Below are positions 48,976-58,946 of a stretch of DNA of 64,000 nucleotides, piece after piece. The DNA is from Thermoanaerobaculaceae bacterium (GTDB lineage Bacteria > Acidobacteriota > Thermoanaerobaculia > Multivoradales > UBA5704), in assembly GCA_963785165.1 (NCBI GenBank), contig CAWAUI010000007.1, positions 1,032,732 through 1,096,731 on the forward strand. The letters run 5' to 3'. The position numbers and the translations under genes are program-made. The notes beneath the pieces were generated by a model, which was given only the letters and a program-made list of their open reading frames with translations, was not told the origin of the DNA and ran no database searches. How positions within the stretch are numbered: the stretch's first letter is position 1; every line of letters starts with the position of its first letter.

Positions 48976-50544
48976 ATGGCCATGGAAATCCGTATCGCGG
49001 GGCCGGAGACGGCCTCGCGCGACCGAGTCCTCACACCGGAAGCGCTGGCCTTCGTGGCCGATCTCCAGGAACGCCTCGGGGTGGCCCGGGACGACCTGCT
49101 GTGCCGGCGGGCCCAGCGCCAGGAAGACTTCGCCCGGGGGATCGAGCCGGGCTTTTCCGAGCACACGCAAGCCATCCGCCAGTCGGATTGGACCGTGGCT
49201 CCGGCGCCCCCGGACCTCCAGGACCGCCGGGTCGAGATCACCGGCCCCGTGGAGCGCAAGATGATGATCAACGCCCTCAACTCGGGGGCCAGCGTCTTCA
49301 TGGCCGACTTCGAGGACTCGCTCTCCCCCACCTGGGAGAACGTCGTCGAGGGGCAGGCGAACCTCATGGACGCCGTCCGGCGCCAGATCGACTACCGGAG
49401 CCCCGAGGGGAAGGAGTACCGGCTCGCGGACCGCACCGCCACCCTGCTCGTCCGCCCGCGCGGCTGGCACCTGCCGGAGCGGCATGCCACGATCGACGGC
49501 GTCCCCGTGTCCGCCAGCTTGTTCGACTTCGGCCTCTACGTCTTCCACAACGCCGCGGAGCTGCTGAAGCGCGGCAGCGGCCCCTACTTCTACTTGCCCA
49601 AGCTCGAGAGCCACCTCGAGGCCCAGCTCTGGAACCGCGCCTTCGAGGAGGCCCAGGACTGGCTCGGGCTCCCGCGCGGCACCCTCCGCGCGACCGTGCT
49701 CATCGAGACCCTCACCGCAGCCTTCGAGATGGACGAGATCCTCTGGGAGCTGCGCGACCACGCCGCCGGCTTGAACGCCGGCCGGTGGGACTACATCTTC
49801 AGCATCCTCCGCAAGTTCCCCGAGAGCGCCGCCGTGCTGCCGGACCGCTTCCAGATCACCATGGCCGTGCCCTTCATGCGCGCCTATACCGACCTCCTGG
49901 TGAGCACCTGCCACCGGCGCGGGGCCCATGCCATTGGCGGCATGGCCGCGTTCATCCCCAGCCGGCGCGACGAGGAGGTCAACCGGCGAGCCCTGGAGAA
50001 GGTGCGGGAGGACAAGGAGCGCGAGGCCCGCCAAGGCTTCGACGGCACCTGGGTGGCCCACCCCGACCTCGTGCCGGTCGCGAAGGAGATCTTCGACCGC
50101 GTCCTCGGCGACCGGCCGAACCAGAAGGATGTGCTGCGAGACGACGTCGACGTATCCGCCGCCGACCTGCTCGATTTCCAGGTCCCGGGGGGCCGCATCA
50201 CCGAGGAGGGAGTGCGCTCCAACATCTCGATCGCCCTCCAATACCTCGATTCCTGGCTCCAGGGCCAGGGCGCCGTCGGCATCCGCAACCTCATGGAAGA
50301 CGCCGCCACCGCCGAAATCTCCCGTTCCCAGCTCTGGCAATGGGTGCGCCACGGCGCCCGTATGGACGACGGCCGCCCCATCACGGCGGAGCTTTACCGG
50401 GATCTCAGGGATCAGGAGCTGGCGGCTCTGGGAGGATCCGGTCAGGGACGCCTGGGCGACGCCGCACGGATCCTCGACGACTTGGTGCTCAGCAGTGGCT
50501 TCGTGCCGTTCCTGACGGTCGAGGCCTACGAGCTTCTGGACTAG
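48976..50544 (+). CDS. aceB: Malate synthase A
   Basis: [27 protein letters not shown]; the catalytic region is [13 protein letters not shown]; about 522 aa. Confidence 0.95.
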   Translation: MAMEIRIAGPETASRDRVLTPEALAFVADLQERLGVARDDLLCRRAQRQEDFARGIEPGFSEHTQAIRQSDWTVAPAPPDLQDRRVEITGPVERKMMINALNSGASVFMADFEDSLSPTWENVVEGQANLMDAVRRQIDYRSPEGKEYRLADRTATLLVRPRGWHLPERHATIDGVPVSASLFDFGLYVFHNAAELLKRGSGPYFYLPKLESHLEAQLWNRAFEEAQDWLGLPRGTLRATVLIETLTAAFEMDEILWELRDHAAGLNAGRWDYIFSILRKFPESAAVLPDRFQITMAVPFMRAYTDLLVSTCHRRGAHAIGGMAAFIPSRRDEEVNRRALEKVREDKEREARQGFDGTWVAHPDLVPVAKEIFDRVLGDRPNQKDVLRDDVDVSAADLLDFQVPGGRITEEGVRSNISIALQYLDSWLQGQGAVGIRNLMEDAATAEISRSQLWQWVRHGARMDDGRPITAELYRDLRDQELAALGGSGQGRLGDAARILDDLVLSSGFVPFLTVEAYELLD

Positions 50545-51443
50545 GCAACCGCCAGAAAAAACCCCTCGGCCACCCAGAACCGGAACCAAGCGCGCAGCTC
50601 CGCCGCCAGCGACTCGTCATCGAGATCGCTGGCGGCCGCCGCGTCGTTGATCGCCTCTCCGACGGTGCCCCCGGCAAGAAGCGCGCTCAGCAGGGCGTGT
50701 TGCGGCGCCGTCAGCGGATACCTCCGCACGATGAACTCGCGGCGGGTCAGGGCCACGTGCTCCGCGCCGGGCTCGGGCAGCGGCACCTCTTCACCCTCCG
50801 CCGCCCGCCTGGCCGCCGTGTAGTAGGCGTTGATGGGGAAGCGGAAGGTGAAGACGTGCAGGCACGGCACAGGGACCAGCCGCGCCTCCGCGAAACGCTC
50901 GGGAGGGAAGGCCTGAAGCGCCTCCGGGGTCAGGAGGGTCTTGCCCTCGACGCCGGGGCCGTCGAACACCTTGGCGACCGCCCACTCGAAGGTGGCGAGG
51001 TCGATGAGGAAGTCGGGCCAGCTGAGCTCTTCGGTGTCCCCGGGATCCTCGGGCCGGGTCTCTTCCAGGTACCGTGCGAAGCTCGCCCCCAGGTGGTCCA
51101 GGGTGTAGCTGCTCGGCGGGTATTGCTGGAGGTACTCGAAGGCGAAGCCGTCGAAGACCTCGTCGCCCAGCGCCTGTTTCAGCATGGGAAAGTTGGCCCC
51201 CAGGCACTCCAGCAGCCGCGAGTAGTAGGCGTTGGCGTAGATCGACATCCGCTCGGTCGCCGTGAGGTTGCGCGAACGGCGCACCACCGCTTCCAGCTCG
51301 CCACGGTCCAGCCGGATGAGCGCCTGGGCCTCGTCCGAGACCGCGCCCCCCTCGACTCCGCCGGGATGGGCGACCACGGCGTGGAACCAGCGCTGCACCA
51401 CCTCCAGAGACCTGGGTCCACCGCTCACCGGGTTCTCGCTCAC
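50541..51443 (-). CDS. DUF2063 protein, the partner subunit (BufC/MbnC-like) of the DUF692 enzyme
   Basis: [14 protein letters not shown]..., [16 protein letters not shown]. The GTG start overlaps the DUF692 stop (GTGA). The 3' end overlaps the aceB stop by 4 nt. Confidence 0.8.
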   Translation of the reverse strand: MSENPVSGGPRSLEVVQRWFHAVVAHPGGVEGGAVSDEAQALIRLDRGELEAVVRRSRNLTATERMSIYANAYYSRLLECLGANFPMLKQALGDEVFDGFAFEYLQQYPPSSYTLDHLGASFARYLEETRPEDPGDTEELSWPDFLIDLATFEWAVAKVFDGPGVEGKTLLTPEALQAFPPERFAEARLVPVPCLHVFTFRFPINAYYTAARRAAEGEEVPLPEPGAEHVALTRREFIVRRYPLTAPQHALLSALLAGGTVGEAINDAAAASDLDDESLAAELRAWFRFWVAEGFFLAVA

Positions 51444-52372
51444 TCCACCTCCGGCCGGATGTGGTGGAGCGGATGGGGCACGTGCGAGCCGCCCCCTACG
51501 AGCACGGGGGCCTCCTCGACCGCCTCCTCATCGAGCTTCGGCAGGTGCTCGCCCATGAACTTCTTGGCCTTGAGCACCTCCTCGTGCACCACGGGGAAGG
51601 GCGGGATGTTGGCGTCCCACTCCAGCAGCGTCGAGACACCGCCCGTGAGCTGGTGGGCCGTCCGGTAAAGCTCCCAGACCGGGTCGGTCACGTGGTTGTC
51701 GTGCGTGTCGATCAGGTGGGTCGTGTAATCCGTGTGCCCCGCGAGATGGAACTGGACGATCCGCTCGTGCGGCAGGGAGCGGATGAACCGGTCCGGGTCC
51801 ATGTCGTGGTTGAAGCTCGACACGTAGACGTTGTTGACGTCGAGCAACAGGCCGCAGTCGGCCTCCTCGGCCATGCGGGTCACGAACTCCCACTCGTCCA
51901 TGGTCGAGTCCTGGAAGGTGATGTAGGAGCTCGGGTTCTCCAGCACGAACGGCCGCTCCAGCACGTCCTGCACGATCTTGACCCGCTCGACCACGTGGCG
52001 CAGCGTCTCCTCCGTGAACGGCACGGGGAGCAGGTCGTGCGTGTTGCGGCCCATCACCCCGGTCCAGCACAGGTGGTCGGAGATCCACTTCGCGTCGATC
52101 TCCTTGGCCAGCCGCTTCAGCTTCTTCAGGTACTCGATGTTCACGGGATCGGTCGAGCCAATGGACAGCGAGACCCCGTGCATGACGACCGGATAGCGTT
52201 CGGCGATCTGCTGGAGCACGTAGCGCGGACGGCCCTGCGAATCGATGAAGTTCTCGCTGATGATCTCGAACCAGTCCACCTCCGGCTGGTTCTGAAGGAC
52301 GTAGTCGAAATGGACGGACCGCAATCCCACTCCCAGTCCGAGGTTGTCGTGTCCGAGGCGGGGCGGCTTCAT
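51440..52372 (-). CDS. DUF692 / MNIO (multinuclear non-heme iron oxidative enzyme, MbnB/BufB-like) TIM-barrel protein
   Basis: GGAAGGAG RBS, then [22 protein letters not shown]; FEIISENF; [11 protein letters not shown]; [21 protein letters not shown] (metal ligands). Confidence 0.85.
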   Translation of the reverse strand: MKPPRLGHDNLGLGVGLRSVHFDYVLQNQPEVDWFEIISENFIDSQGRPRYVLQQIAERYPVVMHGVSLSIGSTDPVNIEYLKKLKRLAKEIDAKWISDHLCWTGVMGRNTHDLLPVPFTEETLRHVVERVKIVQDVLERPFVLENPSSYITFQDSTMDEWEFVTRMAEEADCGLLLDVNNVYVSSFNHDMDPDRFIRSLPHERIVQFHLAGHTDYTTHLIDTHDNHVTDPVWELYRTAHQLTGGVSTLLEWDANIPPFPVVHEEVLKAKKFMGEHLPKLDEEAVEEAPVLVGGGSHVPHPLHHIRPEVE

Positions 52373-52435
52373 CGGGGGCTCCTTCCGAATAGGGGCGGCC
52401 CCGGGGGCCGCCCCTACGGTCATTTCGTCAGCAGA

Positions 52436-52858
52436 CTAGGTACCGCAGGACGCCGGGGCGGCGCCGAACTTCTTGCCGGCCTTGGTCATCGCGGCCTCGT
52501 AGTTGGCGCGGGCCTTCTTCCAGGCGTCGCCCTTGATGGGAACCGCGCAGCTACCGTGACCCTTGCAGTCGTTCACGCCTTCGCCGCCCTGGTTCTTGCA
52601 GGCGTTCGAGCCCTGGCAACCGTGGGCCTCGGTGGTGGAGCACTTGCCCTGGCCGGCGCAGTCGTTCTCGCCGCCCGCACCCTGGCCCTTGCAGGCGTTC
52701 AGGCCGCAGCAGGCATGCGCCTCACCCTTGGCCATCTCTTTCTTCATCTCGTCGGCCGACAGCAAACTGCCGCCCAGCATGGAGCCGGCGACCACACCAC
52801 CGAAGGCCGCGAAGGCCAGCTTTCCGAAATCTCTCCTGCTGACGTCGTCTTTCTTCAT
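52436..52858 (-). CDS. Cys-rich exported precursor protein (DUF2282/BufA-like) with two tandem Cys-rich repeats; candidate RiPP precursor
   Basis: AAGGAG RBS. Twin-Arg-like signal MKKDDVSRRDFGKLAFAAFGGVVAG. Core HACCGLNACKGQGAGGENDCAGQGKC / HGCQGSNACKNQGGEGVNDCKGHGSC with 10 Cys. It sits directly upstream of the DUF692-DUF2063 pair. Confidence 0.7.
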   Translation of the reverse strand: MKKDDVSRRDFGKLAFAAFGGVVAGSMLGGSLLSADEMKKEMAKGEAHACCGLNACKGQGAGGENDCAGQGKCSTTEAHGCQGSNACKNQGGEGVNDCKGHGSCAVPIKGDAWKKARANYEAAMTKAGKKFGAAPASCGT

Positions 52859-52956
52859 TCTGCTCTCCTTTGGAAAGTGAAGCCGGGCAACTGCGTATAG
52901 GACGAAGGAACCCCAAGTCTACCCCTAAGTACGCGCCGCGGCGGCGAAGGGATGGG

Positions 52957-53379
52957 TCACCAGCTCATCTGATACAGCATCCAGTACACCACGACGCCCG
53001 TCACCGAGACGTACAGCCAGATCGGCAGCGTCCAGCGGGCGATGCGGACGTGCTGGACCCAGCGTTTCCGGTACGCCCTGGCGACGGTGAGAACGGCCAG
53101 AAAGGGCACGGTCGCCGCGAAGACGGTGTGGGTGATCAGGATGGTGAAGTAGACCGTACGCGCCGTGCCGGTGCCCGGGAAGTGCTTGGACCCCACCTGG
53201 GCGTGGTAGATCAGGTAGGACGTGAGGAACAGCACCGAACAGGTGAGGGCGGCGATCATGACGTTCCGGTGGGCGATGAGCCGCCGCTGCCGGATGAGCA
53301 CGTAGCCCGTCGCCAGCAGGAGCGTGGCGAGGGCGTTCAAGGCCGCATTGAGCGCGGGAAGATCCTGGACCTGGAGCAT
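52957..53379 (-). CDS. DUF420-family 4-TM membrane protein (CtaM-like)
   Basis: LPALNAALNALATLLLATGYVLIRQRRLIAHRNVM...HVRIARWTLPIWLYVSVTGVVVYWMLY is characteristic of DUF420. Confidence 0.6.
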   Translation of the reverse strand: MLQVQDLPALNAALNALATLLLATGYVLIRQRRLIAHRNVMIAALTCSVLFLTSYLIYHAQVGSKHFPGTGTARTVYFTILITHTVFAATVPFLAVLTVARAYRKRWVQHVRIARWTLPIWLYVSVTGVVVYWMLYQMSW

Positions 53380-53508
53380 GCCGGGAGTCTACCGGAAGGA
53401 AGCCCTCTTCTTCAGGACAAGGGGTGCCGTTGCCGCCGAGGAAGTCTATGCGTGCTGAGGTTGCCATGGTTCCAGCGATCATAGAGGAAGGTTCTATACT
53501 CCTCCCAA

Positions 53509-54147
53509 ATGCCCCGAACCTCCCCGAGCCCTCTCTCGGTGCTCGCCTGGGCCAACGTCGCCCTCCACGTGGCCGGCCTGATCGTGGCCTGGTTCGCCAT
53601 GCAACCGGGGAGCGTGGTGGTACCGCTGGCCGAGCGCATGGCCTATCTGGCGGGCCGGCCGGTGGGGTGGAGCGTGGGATGGGGAATCTGGATGCTCTGC
53701 ACCCTGCTCCTCATCGCCTTCCTGGCCGTGCTGCGCCAGCGGCTGCCGGCCAGTCCGTCCGCGATACCGCAGATTGCGCTCCTCCTGACGGCAACAGGCA
53801 TGGCCGTGGATCTGCTCTGCGACGTGATCCAGATCCAGGTTCTCCCGAAGGCGGCCGGCGGTTCACCGGACCTCTTCCTCGCCTTCGAGCGGCTCGCCTT
53901 TACAGGCGGCATGACGGTGGCGAACGGCCTCTACACGGCGGGCGTCCTGTTGATGAACGTCCGATTGCGCGGCCTCGTAGGCTCCCCGGCGCTCCTGGCA
54001 GGCTGGGCGACGGCCGCCGCGGGCCTGGCTCTGGCCGTTGCCGGGTTCGTGCCGTCGGCCACCCTTCTCCAGATCTCGACGGGAACGACGATCGTCACCT
54101 ACAGCCTGTGGGCGGTTCTCGTGGCGCGGGATCTCCGGGAGGTTTGA
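53509..54147 (+). CDS. Hypothetical multi-TM membrane protein
   Basis: 5-6 hydrophobic segments and a clean frame. I recognised no family. Confidence 0.4.
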   Translation: MPRTSPSPLSVLAWANVALHVAGLIVAWFAMQPGSVVVPLAERMAYLAGRPVGWSVGWGIWMLCTLLLIAFLAVLRQRLPASPSAIPQIALLLTATGMAVDLLCDVIQIQVLPKAAGGSPDLFLAFERLAFTGGMTVANGLYTAGVLLMNVRLRGLVGSPALLAGWATAAAGLALAVAGFVPSATLLQISTGTTIVTYSLWAVLVARDLREV

Positions 54148-54149
54148 CC

Positions 54150-55181
54150 ATGATCGTCCTCTTCGGGGGCTATGGCACCTTCGGGACGCATGCCACGCGA
54201 GCTCTCATCGCGGCAGGCCTCCCGGTACGCATCACCGGCAGGGACGCGGCGCGTGCGGACCTCGTGGCCGACGTGAACGATCCGGTCTCCGTGGCCCGCG
54301 CACTGTCCGGCGCCCGGGTGGCCGTCAACTGCACGGGGCCGTTCTCCTCCATGACCATGGCCCTCCCTGATGCCTGCCTCGCCGCCGGAATCCATTACGT
54401 GGACGTCGCGGACCATCGGGGATGGATCCAGAGGATGCAGGCCCGGGATCAGGAATTCCGCGCTCGCGGCCTGACCGCCGCCGTCGGCTGTTCCTCACTG
54501 CCTGGAATCTCCGGCGCCCTGGCCATCCTCGCGGCCCGGCGGTTGCCCACCGTCGAAAGGGCACGGATAACGCTCTTCATCGGCAACCGCAACCCCAAGG
54601 GAGAGGCCGCCGTCCGCTCCGCCGTCAACCAGCTCGGACGCCCCTTCCCGGCACCGCAAGGAACGCTTCGAGGCTTCCACGGCCGGGAGACCGTGATGCT
54701 GCCGCCACCCTTCGGCCCTCGCGACGTCTATGACTGGGACAGCCCCGAGCTCGACCTCTTCCCCAAGCTCCTGAGAGCAAAGGAAGTCCGAGTCAAAGTA
54801 GGCTTCGAAGCGCGCCTCGCGACCCTCTCCTTCGCCGGCCTCGCCCGCCTGGGGCCAAACCTGGGGAGCCGCCTCCTCGCCACCATCGCACCGCTGGCCC
54901 GGCATCTCTCCACCTTCGGCCACTCCGGAGGCTTCGTCAAAGTCGAGCTGTTCGCCCCGGACGGCACCACCGCCTCCGCCACGCTGGGAGGAGAGAATGA
55001 CGGCCAGAAGATGGCCGCCCTCCCCGCCGCCTTCGTGGCGCAAGGAATCCTGGACGGCAGCGTGACGGCCCCGGGGGTGACGACGGCCTATGAGGCGATG
55101 GGAGCCGACCGGCTCGTTGAGCGGCTGGTCGCGGAAGGGTACGGCCTCACGGCATCGCCGTCTCAATCCCCTCCGGTGTAG
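54150..55181 (+). CDS. Saccharopine dehydrogenase-like NAD(P)-binding oxidoreductase
   Basis: GGGAGG RBS. Rossmann motif MIVLFGGYGTFGTHATRALIAAGLPV; Sacchrp_dh_NADP-like. Confidence 0.65.
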   Translation: MIVLFGGYGTFGTHATRALIAAGLPVRITGRDAARADLVADVNDPVSVARALSGARVAVNCTGPFSSMTMALPDACLAAGIHYVDVADHRGWIQRMQARDQEFRARGLTAAVGCSSLPGISGALAILAARRLPTVERARITLFIGNRNPKGEAAVRSAVNQLGRPFPAPQGTLRGFHGRETVMLPPPFGPRDVYDWDSPELDLFPKLLRAKEVRVKVGFEARLATLSFAGLARLGPNLGSRLLATIAPLARHLSTFGHSGGFVKVELFAPDGTTASATLGGENDGQKMAALPAAFVAQGILDGSVTAPGVTTAYEAMGADRLVERLVAEGYGLTASPSQSPPV

Positions 55182-55654
55182 TGGACGCCGACCTCGCTTT
55201 CGGCCGCCACCTTGCCTCCCTGGAGCCGGGTCAGGCGCCCCTTGAGAATGACCTCGCCCTCCGGCCTCTCTTCGGGAAAGTTGCCCAACCTCGTGAACGC
55301 ACCCGTGAAGCGATAGCTGACGCCCCCCACCTCCTTGGTGGTGAACGTCAGGCTGCGCTCCTTTCGAGTGGGGGCCACCAACGGAAAGTCCACGGCGACC
55401 TCCTTGCCCTTCACCATCTTCGGCTTCAGGCGGATGAAGCCGTAGAGAGGAACCGTCAGCTCCTTGCCATCCTTGTAGTCGAAGGTGGAAAGGTGAAGCT
55501 CGCTGATGTCCTGGAAACCCTTCGGAGCCGTCTCCTCCGGCAGATAGTAGTAGCCGAAGACGTCGACCTTGACCGGCGGGGCTCCCGCGGCGAAACCCGC
55601 CGTCCCCAGAACCAGGGACAGCGCCAGGACGGCCAGCATCAAACGCCGGGCCAT
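55163..55654 (-). CDS. Secreted hypothetical protein
   Basis: Signal peptide MARRLMLAVLALSLVLGTAGFAAGAPP. Confidence 0.45.
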   Translation of the reverse strand: MARRLMLAVLALSLVLGTAGFAAGAPPVKVDVFGYYYLPEETAPKGFQDISELHLSTFDYKDGKELTVPLYGFIRLKPKMVKGKEVAVDFPLVAPTRKERSLTFTTKEVGGVSYRFTGAFTRLGNFPEERPEGEVILKGRLTRLQGGKVAAESEVGVHYTGGD

Positions 55655-55657
55655 GGA

Positions 55658-56407
55658 TCACCACCCCATCTTGTCGATGGAGTACGGCAGCATCTTCCGC
55701 CACCAGGGCCAGTCGTGCGACACGTCGTGCCCCCAGACGTCCAGCACGTGAGGGATTCCCTTGCTGTTGAGGATCTCCGAGAGAGCGCGTGAGGCATGCG
55801 GCGCCTCGTACGCCCCCTGGCCGGTCAGAATGTGAATCTGGGAGGAAGTCTGCAGCAGATGAAGCGACTCCCCCTCCAGCTTCGGCAGATACCAGGCCGG
55901 GTTGTTGAAGTAGCAGTTGTCGTCGCTGTAGCCCTTGAGATAGTCCGGCCCCAGGTCATAAAAGCCCGACATGGCAATGGTGCCGTCGAACAGGTCCGGC
56001 CGGCGGAAGAGGCTGTTGGCCGCGTGGAAGGCACCGAAGCTCGCCCCGGTGGTGGCAATGCGGATGGCCGGGCTCTGGCAGACGTGGCGTATGTAGGGGA
56101 CCACCTCCTCCTCCACGTACCGGGCGTAGAGCGCCTGCCGGCGGCCCTGCTCGGGCACCGGAAGCTTGTCGTCCATCCAGGCCTGGTTGTTGATGCTGTT
56201 GATCGAGAACACCCGCACCCGGCCGGCGTCGATGGCCGGCTGAACCGCGCCGATCAACCCGAAGCGCTCGTTTTCCAGGAAGTCCGCGGCCGCCGTGGGA
56301 AACAACAACAGCGGATGCCCCCAGTGCCCATAGGACACGATGGGCATGTCCTGCCCCAGGATTGGGCTGTGCCAGCCCGAGATCTCACGTTGCCCGCCGT
56401 TCGCCAT
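55658..56407 (-). CDS. Putative esterase (esterase D / enterochelin-esterase-like alpha/beta hydrolase)
   Basis: GGAGG RBS. Nucleophile elbow ATTGASFGAFHA (GxSxG); the C-terminal His is in DVWGHDVSHDWPWW. Confidence 0.7.
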   Translation of the reverse strand: MANGGQREISGWHSPILGQDMPIVSYGHWGHPLLLFPTAAADFLENERFGLIGAVQPAIDAGRVRVFSINSINNQAWMDDKLPVPEQGRRQALYARYVEEEVVPYIRHVCQSPAIRIATTGASFGAFHAANSLFRRPDLFDGTIAMSGFYDLGPDYLKGYSDDNCYFNNPAWYLPKLEGESLHLLQTSSQIHILTGQGAYEAPHASRALSEILNSKGIPHVLDVWGHDVSHDWPWWRKMLPYSIDKMGW

Positions 56408-56473
56408 CGTCTTCTCGCCTCCTGGGGCCCAGCCCACTCAAATTGCGTTGCGCGGGAGGATAACATCCCGGCC

Positions 56474-57250
56474 ATGGAGAGAGTCCCCATCCTCGAAAAC
56501 GGCCACGAGGTTTCTCACCTTGCCGTGCGCTACGACCGGCCGGACCCGCGAGCTGTCCGTCCCGGTGCTCCCTGCATCCTGTACCTGCACGGCTTCGGCT
56601 CCCAGCAGACGGGCGAGAAGGCCGACTTCTTTCGCCAGCAGGCTCTCGAAGACGGCTTCACCTTTTGCTCCTTCGATTTCCAGGGGCACGGACAGTCCGG
56701 CGGCAATCTCAGCGGCCTGACCCTCACCCGCAACCTGGAAGACGTCCGGCGCGTCCACTCCTTCCTTCGCGAACGAGGCCACGAGCGGCTCATCCTGATC
56801 GGCTCCTCCATGGGCGGCGGCACGGCCCTCTGGTACTCCGCCTACCACCCCGAAGACATCGTGGCCGGCCTCCACATCGCCCCGGCGCTCGAAATGGGCC
56901 GCGGCCTCCTCACCTGGGCCGGCCCGGAAAAGACTCGACTCTGGCAGGAGACGGGACTCCTCTTTTTCGAGAACGAATGGGTCTCCTGCGAGCTCGGCTG
57001 GCAGCTGATCGAAGACCTGGAGACCCACCCCCTGGAAACGCTCTACGCCCGCTACAGCACCCCCTGCCTCCTCCTCCAGGGTAAGCAGGACAAAAGCGTC
57101 TCCTGGCGAAGCGTGCTCGACTTCGCCACCCATTGCGCCTATTCTGAAATCGACTTCCACCTCTTCGCCAACGGCGACCACCGTTTGACGGACCGGCGAG
57201 AAAGACTGTGGGCGCTGATGATGGAGTTCCTTCGGAGACGGAACAGATAA
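56474..57250 (+). CDS. Alpha/beta hydrolase
   Basis: LYLHGFGSQQTG, nucleophile LIGSSMGGGTAL (GxSxG), and a C-terminal FANGDHRL catalytic His. Confidence 0.75.
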   Translation: MERVPILENGHEVSHLAVRYDRPDPRAVRPGAPCILYLHGFGSQQTGEKADFFRQQALEDGFTFCSFDFQGHGQSGGNLSGLTLTRNLEDVRRVHSFLRERGHERLILIGSSMGGGTALWYSAYHPEDIVAGLHIAPALEMGRGLLTWAGPEKTRLWQETGLLFFENEWVSCELGWQLIEDLETHPLETLYARYSTPCLLLQGKQDKSVSWRSVLDFATHCAYSEIDFHLFANGDHRLTDRRERLWALMMEFLRRRNR

Positions 57251-57259
57251 GGTGAGGCG

Positions 57260-58384
57260 ATGAAGGCTCATCCTCGCGATTCAGTACTGCGGCAAGCTCT
57301 CGATCCCAGTGGCGAAGGCGTCCGACGAATTCGACTGCATCTCTCAAGGTGCGCTGAATGCCGAGAACGGCTCTCCGGCTTGACGCTTTCCAGAATTGCC
57401 CGGCACCGGTCAGCGAAGCTTGACGCTTACGAGCCGGTCCTCGACCGGTGTCTCCAAAAGCTGGCTCTCCGAGAAGTTGCTTTGAGGCGTGAGCGCTTGG
57501 AGGCACCCAGGCTCCTTTCTCGTTTCCTGGGCCTGCCGTATGGGAGACAACAACTCTTGTTTCAGAATAGCTCTCGTTTCAGAACGTGGGGATTTTTTGA
57601 GTTGTTGATCGAAGCTGGAGGAGCGGAGACAGTCAAGGACCCTAAGCATGCGGAGGAAACCCTACAACTTTCTCTCATGGTTTCCCAACACCTCGATCCG
57701 TCTTTCTACGGGAAAGAGCTCATCGAAGACATGAGGGCTCGGGCATGGGGGCATATCGCCAACGCTCGGCGAGTCCGGTTGGACCTCCCTGCATCCGAGG
57801 CGGCGTTTGGTGCAGCTTTTCGCCATCTAGACCAAGGGACGGAAGATCCACTGGAGCGCGCGCTTCTGATCTCTTTGGAAGCGTCGCTTTGCAGACTTGA
57901 GAAGCGCTTCGAGGACGCCATACGCCTGTCGAAACGGGCACTCCGCATTTTTCAGAAGGCAGACGAGAGTCACCGCGTTGGCAGGACCCTGGTGAGCCTG
58001 TCCATCACACATTCATATAAGGGGGATCCCTCTTTGGCGATTTCCCTCTTGCACCAAGCGTTTCCTCTAATCGACCGTGACCGCGATCCTCGCTTGGCAC
58101 TATCCGCCCTGAACAACCTCGCTGACAACCTCGCGACGACTGGACGCTTCATGGAAGCACAGCGCGTTCTCGTCCAAGCACGGCCACTCTCCCGGCGGTT
58201 CTCGGAACCTCTTGTCCAGGGGCCTTGCCTATGGGTGGAAAGCAAGATTGCCGAGGGCGTGGGCAGGCGAGTCGAAGCGGCAGACCTCCTCTTGGCGGCC
58301 CGTGCATGCTTTGTAGCTACCCAGTCGGTTTCCGACGCGGAGTTGATCTCCCGCCAGTTGGATTCGCTTCGTTCTCAAAGCTAG
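57260..58384 (+). CDS. Hypothetical protein with an N-terminal zf-HC2 (anti-sigma ZAS-like HLSRCAECRERL) motif and a C-terminal TPR-like helical repeat domain
   Basis: Lower GC. Paralogous (about 35-40% identity by eye) to 58947..60305 over the whole length (FRTWGFFELL/FHTWGLCELV; RARAWGHIANARRV/RARAWAYTANSRRV; ESHRVGRTLVSLS/ERHRAGRSLLKMS). Confidence 0.6.
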   Translation: MKAHPRDSVLRQALDPSGEGVRRIRLHLSRCAECRERLSGLTLSRIARHRSAKLDAYEPVLDRCLQKLALREVALRRERLEAPRLLSRFLGLPYGRQQLLFQNSSRFRTWGFFELLIEAGGAETVKDPKHAEETLQLSLMVSQHLDPSFYGKELIEDMRARAWGHIANARRVRLDLPASEAAFGAAFRHLDQGTEDPLERALLISLEASLCRLEKRFEDAIRLSKRALRIFQKADESHRVGRTLVSLSITHSYKGDPSLAISLLHQAFPLIDRDRDPRLALSALNNLADNLATTGRFMEAQRVLVQARPLSRRFSEPLVQGPCLWVESKIAEGVGRRVEAADLLLAARACFVATQSVSDAELISRQLDSLRSQS

Positions 58385-58494
58385 AACGGTCATTTGACGG
58401 AAGAGGTAGAACGGATGCTCCCACCGTCCTCTATTTCCCCAAAGATGACACCTATACTCAGAGGCAACCCCCGAGTAGCTAAGGTGGCGACCGG

Positions 58495-58761
58495 TTGCGG
58501 TTGTTCAGGAGGGAGATCATGTCTCGTACGTTTCGATCGGCCAGCACTGTCCTGGTTGTCTCCGTACTCGCCTGCGGAAGCCTGCAGGCTCTCCCCTTGA
58601 CTTCCCGGGCCTCCCGGGCCGACCCAGAACGGGGGGACGTTCTATTGGCACTCGTCGACTGGATCGACTCCCTTCTTGGCAAGAAGGGAACGGATCCATC
58701 CCTTCCGGCTTTGTCCCAGCCGAAGGAAGGAAGCATCATGGATCCCGACGGCCAACACTGA
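58495..58761 (+). CDS. Small predicted secreted protein (88 aa)
   Basis: Signal-like MSRTFRSASTVLVVSVLACGSLQALP; lies between the two paralogs. Confidence 0.3.
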   Translation: MRLFRREIMSRTFRSASTVLVVSVLACGSLQALPLTSRASRADPERGDVLLALVDWIDSLLGKKGTDPSLPALSQPKEGSIMDPDGQH

Positions 58762-58946
58762 CGAATGCGGTGAAGCCTGCTGGCGGGAGCATGGATTCGC
58801 CTTTCGTGCTCCCTCTTTGTCCCGTTTTGCCCGCCTGAAGCAACCACTTCTTATAGGAGCGGTATTTTTTGTTCGCCCGTACGGCCCGCTCCGGGAGGCT
58901 GGTCTTCGCCTCCCGGCAAGGCCGGCGGGTTGGGGAGGGAGAAGAG

